64,000 bases of DNA, taken from Alphaproteobacteria bacterium (GTDB lineage Bacteria > Pseudomonadota > Alphaproteobacteria > CAAHEQ01 > UBA3637). The stretch is from positions 377 to 64,376 of the forward strand of contig JAZKXR010000003.1 in NCBI GenBank assembly GCA_045611705.1. Reading direction: 5' to 3'. The position numbers were made by a program, and so were the translations under genes. Below, one piece after another: positions 38,048-46,452 of the stretch (position 1 is the stretch's first letter; each line of letters begins with the position of its first letter). The notes under the pieces are model-generated. The model was not told the origin of the DNA. It worked only from the letters and a program-made list of their open reading frames with translations, and made no database searches.

Positions 38048-38767
38048 TTAATCTTTGTTGCGTCTGTCTTTATTTTTTGTTAAATACCATTTTTTATCGT
38101 TGGGATGATGGTCTTTTTCCATGGTTTTTGGATCTGTCATAAACCATGCCATATTCACTGAACGGTTTTGGCGTGGTTTATAGGTATTCGATCTTGAACG
38201 CGTCCTTTTTCTGACTTCTCGGTCATAAGCTCTTTTGGTGTCAAGATTTCCAAGGGCAGAAGCTTGACCCATGGCATAAGTCGGATCCACCAATTCCCAT
38301 TGTTTGTTTAACCAAACAACATTCCATGCGTGTGGATTTTCCCGACAGGTTGTCGGATTGTTGTTTCGGGTAATGCATCCCGATATTGTTTTGGCATCTA
38401 TATCGGCCAATTTTAACATTTCAACATACAGGGCGGCAATATCTTTACAAACGCCCAATCGTGTTTCAATGATATCGCCCTGTTCAGGGATATAGCGTGA
38501 TTTATCACGTTTTGATTTGTTATTTTCATCGGACTTTTGATAATAATATTCGTCATAATCTATATTTAAAACAATCCATGTCAATATGGCCAAAGCTTTA
38601 TCTTCATCATTACGGTAAGGTCGGGTCAGATATTGAACAACAGATTTTAATTGAGAGTGTTTTTTTATTTCGGGGGCATTTTTTGCATAAGAACTTATAC
38701 CAGACAGATTGGCTGATTGGAGTGAAAATGATAAGAACAAAATCAAAGATAAAAGAATTTTTTTCAT
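38048..38767 (-). CDS. Secreted transglutaminase-like protein
   Basis: Signal peptide; GVCKDIA (Cys), HAWN, VDPT triad. Confidence 0.85.
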   Translation of the reverse strand: MKKILLSLILFLSFSLQSANLSGISSYAKNAPEIKKHSQLKSVVQYLTRPYRNDEDKALAILTWIVLNIDYDEYYYQKSDENNKSKRDKSRYIPEQGDIIETRLGVCKDIAALYVEMLKLADIDAKTISGCITRNNNPTTCRENPHAWNVVWLNKQWELVDPTYAMGQASALGNLDTKRAYDREVRKRTRSRSNTYKPRQNRSVNMAWFMTDPKTMEKDHHPNDKKWYLTKNKDRRNKD

Positions 38768-38885
38768 AAAAACCTCCCGAACTAAGATAAAAGATAAAAA
38801 AAAGAATGTCAATTGTTTTTATGGACTTGCAATTTAAGGTTTGTTGTGATAAAGTGAATTTAGTGATATAAAAAGGAGAGATTAA

Positions 38886-39455
38886 ATGTCCAAAATTCAT
38901 GAAACAGGTCGTTCAATGGTTGAAATGTTGGGCGTGTTGGCTATCATTGGTGTTTTGTCCGTGACTGGTATCTATGGTTATACAGTGGCGATGCGTTCCA
39001 ATCGTGTCAATGAAATTATCCATGCGGCATCAATGCTTAATTCAATGGGGCAGGCTTTGAATAACGGCCAAGGGGATGGAGAGTTGGATTATCAAGATAG
39101 TTTTTCTGATTTACCAAAAGGGGCCGATTTTATTAGATATAATAATCATCTGGTTGAAATTAAAACAACAGATCTGACCGATTGTCCGGTTTTGGTTGGT
39201 AAAGTGGGTGGGTCGACTTCTGTTTCTGTTGTTTCGCCATGTGCTGGAGGTGAGGTAACGTTAGAGTTTGAAAACAGTGGATCAGATAATTCCGATAATG
39301 GTGGTTCCGGTTCAGGCGAAGATGATAATTACCAAAATGTTGATGTGTTGCCAGAAGGAGAATGTAATAATGACGAAATACTTCGTTGCTTTAATGGCGT
39401 ATTATATGGCTGTATAGGCGGGCAATGGGGTGTATCAGCTGAGACAGATTGTTAA
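38886..39455 (+). CDS. Prepilin-type N-terminal domain protein
   Basis: GRSMVEMLGVLAIIGVLSV type IV pilin-like leader. Confidence 0.85.
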   Translation: MSKIHETGRSMVEMLGVLAIIGVLSVTGIYGYTVAMRSNRVNEIIHAASMLNSMGQALNNGQGDGELDYQDSFSDLPKGADFIRYNNHLVEIKTTDLTDCPVLVGKVGGSTSVSVVSPCAGGEVTLEFENSGSDNSDNGGSGSGEDDNYQNVDVLPEGECNNDEILRCFNGVLYGCIGGQWGVSAETDC

Positions 39456-39482
39456 AGAAATGTTTTTTTAGGCTTGTTTTTT

Positions 39483-40172
39483 TTATCGGATAATTAAATC
39501 GGGATAATGTTTTTTGATATTTGTTAAAGATTCGTCTGTAAAAAACGATTCTATGGCCATAACGGATGGCGGATTTTTATCCTCGGGGAAAGTGTGATAT
39601 TTTTGTAAGGCGTATGTTTTTACGCCTGATTTTTTTAAATCTTCGGCAATTTTTAAAATATCATCAGGTGTTAAATAATTTGGATCGCATGTGGTACGAC
39701 ATTCAAAAGCCACATCTGATTGTGTTAAAATTTTTAAAGTTTCTTTGACTTGTTCGGTCATGTTTTTACGCCCCGATAAAACATCATATTTATCCCATGG
39801 GGCTTTAATATCCAATCCCACCCAATCCAATAAAGGTAAAATGGATTTTAATTTTTCGGGATAAACACCTGATGTATGAACGGCTGTTTTAAAGCCCAAA
39901 GTTTTAATTTGATCTAATATATCGGCAATATCCGTTTGCATCAAAGGTTCGCCACCGCTTAAAACAACGCCGTCCAATAATTTTTTGCGTGTTTTTAAAA
40001 AAGCCATAATCTCATCCCATGATTGGCCTGTGTCTGTTTTGATTGGTTGCAGATTCGGATTATGACAAAAAGGGCATCGCAAAGGACACCCTTGAAAAAA
40101 GATGACGGTGGCTAAGCATCCCGGAAAATCAATACTCGTAAATGGGACAACGCCCGCCACCGTCTGTGCCAC
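39483..40172 (-). CDS. nrdG: Anaerobic ribonucleotide reductase activating enzyme (radical SAM)
   Basis: GCPLRCPFCHN; LSGGEP; downstream of nrdD. Confidence 0.9.
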   Translation of the reverse strand: MAQTVAGVVPFTSIDFPGCLATVIFFQGCPLRCPFCHNPNLQPIKTDTGQSWDEIMAFLKTRKKLLDGVVLSGGEPLMQTDIADILDQIKTLGFKTAVHTSGVYPEKLKSILPLLDWVGLDIKAPWDKYDVLSGRKNMTEQVKETLKILTQSDVAFECRTTCDPNYLTPDDILKIAEDLKKSGVKTYALQKYHTFPEDKNPPSVMAIESFFTDESLTNIKKHYPDLIIR

Positions 40173-40186
40173 TATGGCCCCCTAAC

Positions 40187-40375
40187 TCAGCATGCTTTTT
40201 GCATGGCACAAGCACAGTTGGCCTGTTCTTCCGTGAACCATTGACGTTCTTGGAATTCGCTTTTTTTGCCTTTGTTAAAATGGCTGTACGGGCGGAAATA
40301 ACCCATCACGCGTGTCCAGCATTCGCAAGGCGTTCTTTCGGCTTGGTGTGCTTGTAAAATTTCTAAATCTGTCAT
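40187..40375 (-). CDS. Stand-alone glycyl-radical domain of NrdD
   Basis: CECWTRVMGYFRP glycyl-radical loop; own AAGAGGAGG RBS after the nrdD stop. Confidence 0.85.
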   Translation of the reverse strand: MTDLEILQAHQAERTPCECWTRVMGYFRPYSHFNKGKKSEFQERQWFTEEQANCACAMQKAC

Positions 40376-40391
40376 TTTTTCCTCCTCTTTG

Positions 40392-42440
40392 TTAAATTTG
40401 TTGTTGACGTTTTTTTTCAATTAATTCTTTGTCACAGTGGGGACAATATTCGTGTGCCCCGCTGATATACCCGTGTTTCGGGCAAATGGAATATACCGGT
40501 GTTACGGAAACGTAAGGTAAACGGTAGTTTTCCAAGACACGTCTGACTAAATCCTTGCAAGATTTAGACGACGAAATTCTTTCGTTCATATACAGGTGCA
40601 AAACTGTTCCGCCCGTATATTGTGTTTGCAAATCATCCTGATAATCCAAAGCTTTGAACGGATCGTCCGTAAAGCCCACTGGTAATTGGGATGAGTTTGT
40701 ATAATAGGGTGCTTCATGTGTGCCAGCCTGAATAATATCAGGATAACGTTTTTGGTCCTCACGGGCAAAACGATAGGTTGTACCTTCGGCCGGTGTGGCT
40801 TCCAAATTGTACATATTACCTGTTTCTTCTTGATAAGAAATCAAACGTTCACGAATATAGGTCAGGAATTTTTTGGCAAATTCACGGCCGTATTCGGTGG
40901 TAATGTCTTCTTTATCATTGGTAAAGTTGCGGATCATTTCATTGATACCGTTCACGCCAATGGTTGAAAAGTGTGAATTAAAGCGTCCCAAATAACGTTT
41001 GGTATAAGGATATAAACCGCGTTCTAATTGCATGGTAATGGTTTGGCGTTTTAATTCCAAAGATTTTTTTGCCAATTCCATCAATTCATCCAAACGGTTG
41101 TATAATCCTTCTTCATTGCCTTTGAATAAATATCCCAAACGGGCACAGTTGATGGTTACAACACCCACTGAACCGGTTTGTTCGGCCGAACCAAATAATC
41201 CACCGCCACGGCGTTTTAATTCGGTCAAATCCAAACGCAAACGACAGCACATGGAACGCACATCAGACGGTTTCATGTCAGAATTCACATAGTTTGAAAA
41301 ATATGGCAAGCCGTATTTGGCGGTCATTTCAAACAATAAATCAATGTTTTCGGAATCCCATGGGAAATCGGACGTGATATTGTATGTCGGAATCGGGAAA
41401 GTAAAGGGGCGGCCTTTGGCATCACCTTCGCCCATCACTTCCAAGAAAGCACGATTAATCATATCCATTTCTTTTTGTAATTCGCCATAGGTAAAGGGTT
41501 GTTCTACGCCACCGATAACAGGATGGCGATCCTTTAAATCGGCCGGACATGTCCAATCAAAAGTCAGGTTTGTAAAGGGGGTTTGTGTTCCCCAACGTGA
41601 CGGCACATTCAAATTAAAGATGAATGATTGCATGGCCTGTTTCACGTCTTTATATTGTAAATTTTCCATGCGAATGAAGGGGGCCAAATAAGTATCAGCC
41701 GATGAAAAAGCCTGAGCACCCGCCCATTCGTTTTGTAATGTCCCTAAAAAGTTCACCATTTGTGAAAAAGCCGAAACCAAATGACGTGGCGGTTTTGATT
41801 CCGTTTTATTTGGGACACCGTTAAAACCTTCGGTCAATAATGTTCTGAGTGACCAACCGGCACAATAACCTGCCAACATATCCAAATCATGAATATGATA
41901 ATCACCGTTCAAGTGGGCTTGGCCGATTTCAGGGGTATAAACGTGTTTTAACCAATAATTGGCCACCACTTTACCCGATACATTCAAAATCAAACCACCC
42001 AAAGAATAACCTTGATTGGCATTGGCATTCACACGCCAATCGGAACGATCCAAATATTCGTTGATGGATGAAATGGCATCAATGGCCACTTTTTTATCCT
42101 GACGTTGACGTTCGCGTTGTTCACGATAGATGATATAGGAACGGGCTGTTTTGTAATAATTGGAAGAAATTAAAACCTGTTCTACCACATCCTGAATTTG
42201 TTCAATTGTCGGCACAACGGCACCGGCAAAACGGTGGCGTAAAACTTTAATCACCTGTTCGGCCAACAAATGAGCTTCGTCATCCCCATATTCACCCGTG
42301 GCAAAACCGGCCTTTGCAATTGCCGATACGATTTTTGTGGCATCAAAGGAATGTTTTTCCCCATCACGTTTAATCACCTCGGATAAAGCACCGACATCAA
42401 TCGTTTTTACGGTATCCTTTGGCTCAACAACTTCCAACAT
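40392..42440 (-). CDS. nrdD: Class III ribonucleotide reductase with ATP-cone, lacking the C-terminal Gly-radical loop
   Basis: VIKRDG ATP-cone, HIHDL, SMCCRL finger loop, EATPAE, CPKHG..CPHC Zn site, then stop. Confidence 0.93.
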   Translation of the reverse strand: MLEVVEPKDTVKTIDVGALSEVIKRDGEKHSFDATKIVSAIAKAGFATGEYGDDEAHLLAEQVIKVLRHRFAGAVVPTIEQIQDVVEQVLISSNYYKTARSYIIYREQRERQRQDKKVAIDAISSINEYLDRSDWRVNANANQGYSLGGLILNVSGKVVANYWLKHVYTPEIGQAHLNGDYHIHDLDMLAGYCAGWSLRTLLTEGFNGVPNKTESKPPRHLVSAFSQMVNFLGTLQNEWAGAQAFSSADTYLAPFIRMENLQYKDVKQAMQSFIFNLNVPSRWGTQTPFTNLTFDWTCPADLKDRHPVIGGVEQPFTYGELQKEMDMINRAFLEVMGEGDAKGRPFTFPIPTYNITSDFPWDSENIDLLFEMTAKYGLPYFSNYVNSDMKPSDVRSMCCRLRLDLTELKRRGGGLFGSAEQTGSVGVVTINCARLGYLFKGNEEGLYNRLDELMELAKKSLELKRQTITMQLERGLYPYTKRYLGRFNSHFSTIGVNGINEMIRNFTNDKEDITTEYGREFAKKFLTYIRERLISYQEETGNMYNLEATPAEGTTYRFAREDQKRYPDIIQAGTHEAPYYTNSSQLPVGFTDDPFKALDYQDDLQTQYTGGTVLHLYMNERISSSKSCKDLVRRVLENYRLPYVSVTPVYSICPKHGYISGAHEYCPHCDKELIEKKRQQQI

Positions 42441-42463
42441 TTTGTGTCCTTTCTTAAAAATAA

Positions 42464-42479
42464 ATACTATATATTGTGT
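42464..42479 (-). promoter_or_regulatory. NrdR box-like site upstream of nrdD
   Basis: ACACAATATATAGTAT versus consensus acaCwAtATaTwGtg. Confidence 0.6.
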
Positions 42480-42736
42480 TTTTTGATTTTTTTATACCTG
42501 TCTATAATAGACATTTTTATGCATGATAAGTCAACCATTTTTTTATAAAAAGATGATACTTTTTAATAACTCATTCATTTATATGAAAAAATATTTTTTA
42601 GCTTTGTCATAATGTTTAACAAAAAGTTGCCAACATACGGTGATATGAAAAACGGATTTGAAACAAAATTTTTTGGTAAAGTTCAATAATCACAAAGCTT
42701 TTTGTTAAAATAAACGATTCGAATCGGAAAACAGGC

Positions 42737-42765
42737 TTGACATTTAGGATCCGATTCGCTAAAAT
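42737..42765 (+). promoter_or_regulatory. Sigma70 promoter of tRNA-Gly
   Basis: TTGACA-N17-TAAAAT. Confidence 0.8.
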
Positions 42766-42778
42766 AGAATCGTTAAAT

Positions 42779-42852
42779 GCGGGTGTAGCACAATGGTAGT
42801 GCAGCAGCTTCCCAAGCTGAATACGTGGGTTCGATTCCCATCACCCGCTCCA
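42779..42852 (+). tRNA. tRNA-Gly(CCC)
   Basis: GCGGGTGTAGCACAATGGTAGTGCAGCAGC-TT-CCC-AA-GCTGAATACGTGGGTTCGATTCCCATCACCCGCTCCA, 74 nt. Confidence 0.96.
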
Positions 42853-42854
42853 TA

Positions 42855-42882
42855 AAAACACCGCCATCTCAGGCGGTGTTTT
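42855..42882 (+). terminator. tRNA-Gly terminator
   Basis: AAAACACCGCC-loop-GGCGGTGTTTT. Confidence 0.8.
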
Positions 42883-42941
42883 GTGTTGTGGGAATCTGTT
42901 CGGTTTTGGGGGAGGTATTCTGTGTTTGCTCAAAAATAAAT

Positions 42942-42974
42942 AAATCCCCTGTGAAAATCATCACAGGGGATTTT
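42942..42974 (-). terminator. Terminator downstream of HU
   Basis: AAATCCCCTGTGA-loop-TCACAGGGGATTTT. Confidence 0.75.
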
Positions 42975-42991
42975 AAAAGTGTTTTCAACAA

Positions 42992-43264
42992 TTATTTCAC
43001 AGCCTTTTTCAACACAGCACCGGCTTTGAATTTCGGGGCTTTGCTGGCAGCGATTTTGATTGTTTTGTTTGTGGCGGGGTTGCGACCTGTACGGGCGGCA
43101 CGTTTGACAACGGCAAATGTACCGAAACCTGTCAATTGAACTGAATCACCTTTTTTCAAAGTTGTGGTAATCACATCCATCATGGCGTTCACAGCATCTG
43201 CGGCGACTGTTTTGGGCAAACCGGCCAATTTAGCAACGGCATCAATAAATTCTGTTTTATTCAT
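42992..43264 (-). CDS. hup: HU DNA-binding protein
   Basis: MNKTEFID..GFGTFAV..RTGRNPAT..I..SKAPKFKAG. Confidence 0.95.
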   Translation of the reverse strand: MNKTEFIDAVAKLAGLPKTVAADAVNAMMDVITTTLKKGDSVQLTGFGTFAVVKRAARTGRNPATNKTIKIAASKAPKFKAGAVLKKAVK

Positions 43265-43491
43265 TTTTTATTCCTTTCATTAGTTTATGAGAAAAATCCC
43301 CATGACCTTCTCAATAGTTGATTTTCAGGCACTTTATGCACCTGTAAGACCAGTTTATGCTTATTTTTAAAGCTTTGTCAAGAAAAAAACATAAAAAAAT
43401 TAATAAAATGCAATTTTTCTTTCTTTTGTTGACTTTTTTGGCCCTTTTAGATATAATGTATGCATTATTTTTTCAAAAAAGGAGTTATAAA

Positions 43492-44055
43492 ATGAAACAA
43501 CAAGCAAACCAAATTCGCCCGGGTTGGGTGATTGAAAACAACGGTAAACAATACTTGGTGACAAAAATCAACATTATCACACCCGGCAAAGGCGGTGCCT
43601 TTATTCAGGTGGAAATGCGTGGTATTGATAACGGTTTAAAAACAGAACAACGTTGGCGTACGGCCGATACCGTTGAAAAATTGATGAGTGAAGAGTTTGA
43701 TTGTACATTCTTATATCGTGATGGCGATAATTTGTGCTTTATGAATTCCGAAAACTATGATCAATTTGAAATTGAAGCTCAAATGATGGGTGATAAAGCT
43801 CTTTATTTACAGGACAATATGCCTGTGACGGTGAACTTTATTGAAGGCAAGCCTGTTTCCGTCAATTTGCCCCCGCATGTGACATTGACCATTACTGAAA
43901 CAGAACCGGCCTTGAAAAATCAAACGGTGACATCTTCTTATAAACCGGCCATTTTGGAAAACGGTATTCGTACAACGGTTCCCCCGTTTGTGAATGCTGG
44001 TGAAAAAATCGTTGTGTCCACAGAAGACAACTCATACGTTGAACGCGCCAAATAA
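43492..44055 (+). CDS. efp: Elongation factor P
   Basis: ITPGKGGAF, YKPAILENG..VPPFV..Y.ER. Confidence 0.95.
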   Translation: MKQQANQIRPGWVIENNGKQYLVTKINIITPGKGGAFIQVEMRGIDNGLKTEQRWRTADTVEKLMSEEFDCTFLYRDGDNLCFMNSENYDQFEIEAQMMGDKALYLQDNMPVTVNFIEGKPVSVNLPPHVTLTITETEPALKNQTVTSSYKPAILENGIRTTVPPFVNAGEKIVVSTEDNSYVERAK

Positions 44056-44700
44056 TTGACTGTGATGCAGGAAGTTCAGGCTGTTTTTGTGGATTGCGAC
44101 GGCGTTCTTTATGACGTTGATTTATTGACGTATGAAGAAATGGTATCGGCCTGTAAAAGTGCCGCCTGTGAATTAGGTCTGAACTTGAATAACTTTGATG
44201 AAGTCCGTGAAAATCTGAAACAAAAAGGGTTTCACGGGCTTTATAATATCATTTTGAAGTTGTGTCAGGCACAAAACAAATCTTTTGAAAAAATTGCCGA
44301 TCGTATGGTGGAATTTTTGGACTATTCGCGTATTTTACCCAATCCTGATTTGTTGGTTTTATTGCAACAGGTAGCTGAAAAAAAGAAGGTTTATATTTTT
44401 ACCAATAATACCTATGCCCACTTAAACCGTATTTTTATGTGCTTGTTTGATAAGAATTTGGTTCAATCGGGGATAAAAGCAATTACGATTGAAGATACTT
44501 ATTCGGATGGTTTTTTCTATCCCAAGCGGATGGAAAATGTTTTTACAAGTTGGTGTCAAAAAATCGGTGTTTTGCCCCAAAACACATTGATGTTGGATGA
44601 TACGGATAATGTAATTCAGGCCGCCAAAGAACAAGGGCTTCAATACCAACAAATTCAATCTGCCCGAATGACACAAGAAATATTGCAAGAACTTTTATAA
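44056..44700 (+). CDS. HAD-family hydrolase
   Basis: FVDCDGVLY, FTNN, MLDD. Confidence 0.8.
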   Translation: MTVMQEVQAVFVDCDGVLYDVDLLTYEEMVSACKSAACELGLNLNNFDEVRENLKQKGFHGLYNIILKLCQAQNKSFEKIADRMVEFLDYSRILPNPDLLVLLQQVAEKKKVYIFTNNTYAHLNRIFMCLFDKNLVQSGIKAITIEDTYSDGFFYPKRMENVFTSWCQKIGVLPQNTLMLDDTDNVIQAAKEQGLQYQQIQSARMTQEILQELL

Positions 44701-44712
44701 AAAGGACAACAC

Positions 44713-45429
44713 ATGAAACACCATTCAAAAGATATCTTGATTTACGGAAAACATCCTGTTTCTTTGGCTATTCAAAATCCGCGCCGTAAGATTAAAGAAA
44801 TTTATGCTACGCGTCAGGCTTTAAACGAAATTGAATTGCCTAAAGGGATGATGGCAAAGCCGGCCGATAACCGTTTGTTGGAAAGTATGGTTGGGCGTGA
44901 AGCAGTACACCAAGGGGTCGTGGCTGTTTGTGAGGCTTTACCCAATCCGGATTTGAATCAGATTTTATATGATTTACAGGATGCCGACAGGGCGATGATG
45001 GTTGTTTTGGATCAAGTGTCCGATCCCCGCAATATTGGGGCTATTTTGCGTTCAGCGGTGGCCTTTGGGGCCAGTGCCGTAATTATCCCGCAAGATGGTT
45101 CTCCCCAAGAAACAGGTACAATTGCCAAATCTGCCAGTGGTGCTTTGGATTTAATTCCTTTGGTTCGTGTGGCCAATTTGGCACGCACTTTGGATACTTT
45201 GAAAAAAGCCGATTTTTGGTGTGTCGGTTTAGATGGTTATGCCCATGATATGATTGGCAAAAGCAAATTACCCAAACGTTGTGTGTTGGTCATGGGGGCC
45301 GAAGACGGTATGCGTGATTTGACCAAAAAATCATGCGATATGTTGGTAAAGTTACCCATGAATCCGGCCATAGAATCGTTAAACGTCTCTATTGCCACAG
45401 CGGTTGCCATGTATGAATGGATGCGTTAA
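44713..45429 (+). CDS. rlmB: TrmH/RlmB-family 2'-O rRNA methyltransferase
   Basis: IYGKHPV, HQGV, DQVSDPRNIGAILRS, MGAE, ESLNVS. Confidence 0.85.
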   Translation: MKHHSKDILIYGKHPVSLAIQNPRRKIKEIYATRQALNEIELPKGMMAKPADNRLLESMVGREAVHQGVVAVCEALPNPDLNQILYDLQDADRAMMVVLDQVSDPRNIGAILRSAVAFGASAVIIPQDGSPQETGTIAKSASGALDLIPLVRVANLARTLDTLKKADFWCVGLDGYAHDMIGKSKLPKRCVLVMGAEDGMRDLTKKSCDMLVKLPMNPAIESLNVSIATAVAMYEWMR

Positions 45430-46304
45430 TTTAAGGCCAGTTTTTGTGCTTTTGCCTGAATGCTTTTGCGAATCTTTTCCAAAGCTTTTGTTTCAATTTG
45501 ACGTACACGTTCACGGCTGATATTCAATGCTGAACCTAAATCTTCCAAGGTTTCGGGATTTTCGCTTAAATAACGGCTTAAAACAATGCGTTGTTCGCGT
45601 TCGGACAATTCGGATAAAGCCTGTTTCAACAGGGTTTTCTTTAAATCCATTTCTTGTGTGGCACCGATTTTTTGTTCAATGGTTTCTTCACCATCAGCCA
45701 ACATTTCCTGAAAGTTTGTACCCGAATCGTGGGACAAAGGTGCATTTAATGAAGAATCGCCCGACAAACGTTGTTCCATTTCCATGACATCACGTTTAGA
45801 AACGTTTAATTCTTTGGAAATATATTCGGCGGTTTCGTCGCTCATGCCTGCATCACCATATAACCCCAAACGGGATTTGATTTTGTGTAGATTGTAAAAC
45901 AATCTTTTTTGTGTGGCGACAGTGCCGATTTTAACCAAGGACCAGGATTTTAAAATGAATTCAGATACAGCGGCTTTTATCCACCAAATCGCATAGGTTG
46001 CCAAACGAAAACCTTTATCGGGATCAAATTTTTTGATGGCCTGCATTAAACCGATATTGGCTTCGCTGATTAAATCGGACAAAGCTAAGCCGTAATGACG
46101 AAAAGAGATAGCCACTTTGGCCGCCAATCGCAAATGAGAAGTGGTCAATTCGTGGGCCGCCTGAACATCACCGGTTTGTTGAAAACGTTTTGCCAACATA
46201 TATTCTTCTTCGGCCTTCAACATTGGGAAACGGTTGATTTCGGCCAAATAACGGGGCAATCCCCCTTGTGCATAAAGCAGTGAAAGTGCATTTGAATTTG
46301 TCAT
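45426..46304 (-). CDS. rpoH: RNA polymerase sigma-32 factor
   Basis: DLISEANIGLMQAIKKFDPDKGFRLATYAIWWI; RpoH box QKRLFYNL; region 4 SRERVRQIE. Confidence 0.9.
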   Translation of the reverse strand: MTNSNALSLLYAQGGLPRYLAEINRFPMLKAEEEYMLAKRFQQTGDVQAAHELTTSHLRLAAKVAISFRHYGLALSDLISEANIGLMQAIKKFDPDKGFRLATYAIWWIKAAVSEFILKSWSLVKIGTVATQKRLFYNLHKIKSRLGLYGDAGMSDETAEYISKELNVSKRDVMEMEQRLSGDSSLNAPLSHDSGTNFQEMLADGEETIEQKIGATQEMDLKKTLLKQALSELSEREQRIVLSRYLSENPETLEDLGSALNISRERVRQIETKALEKIRKSIQAKAQKLALN

Positions 46305-46452
46305 TTTATATCCTTTGTTAAAAGCAATATAAGCTTGATTTCCCTTAACTTTAAGCAAAAACCAAACACTCGCCCTTTGGACTAAGCCTTTTCATTGTAT
46401 AAAAAAGTCGTTTTAATGTCAAGCGAAAAATTATATAAATAACAGTTATTAT

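Noticed and set aside
40375-40394. nrdD split as a frameshift or sequencing artefact
   Set aside because: There is a clean TAA, then a strong AAGAGGAGG RBS and a well-spaced ATG, consistent with two real genes.
42441-42778. Chromosomal origin in the AT-rich nrdD/tRNA-Gly gap
   Set aside because: No TTATCCACA-type DnaA box cluster was seen; the promoters explain the region.
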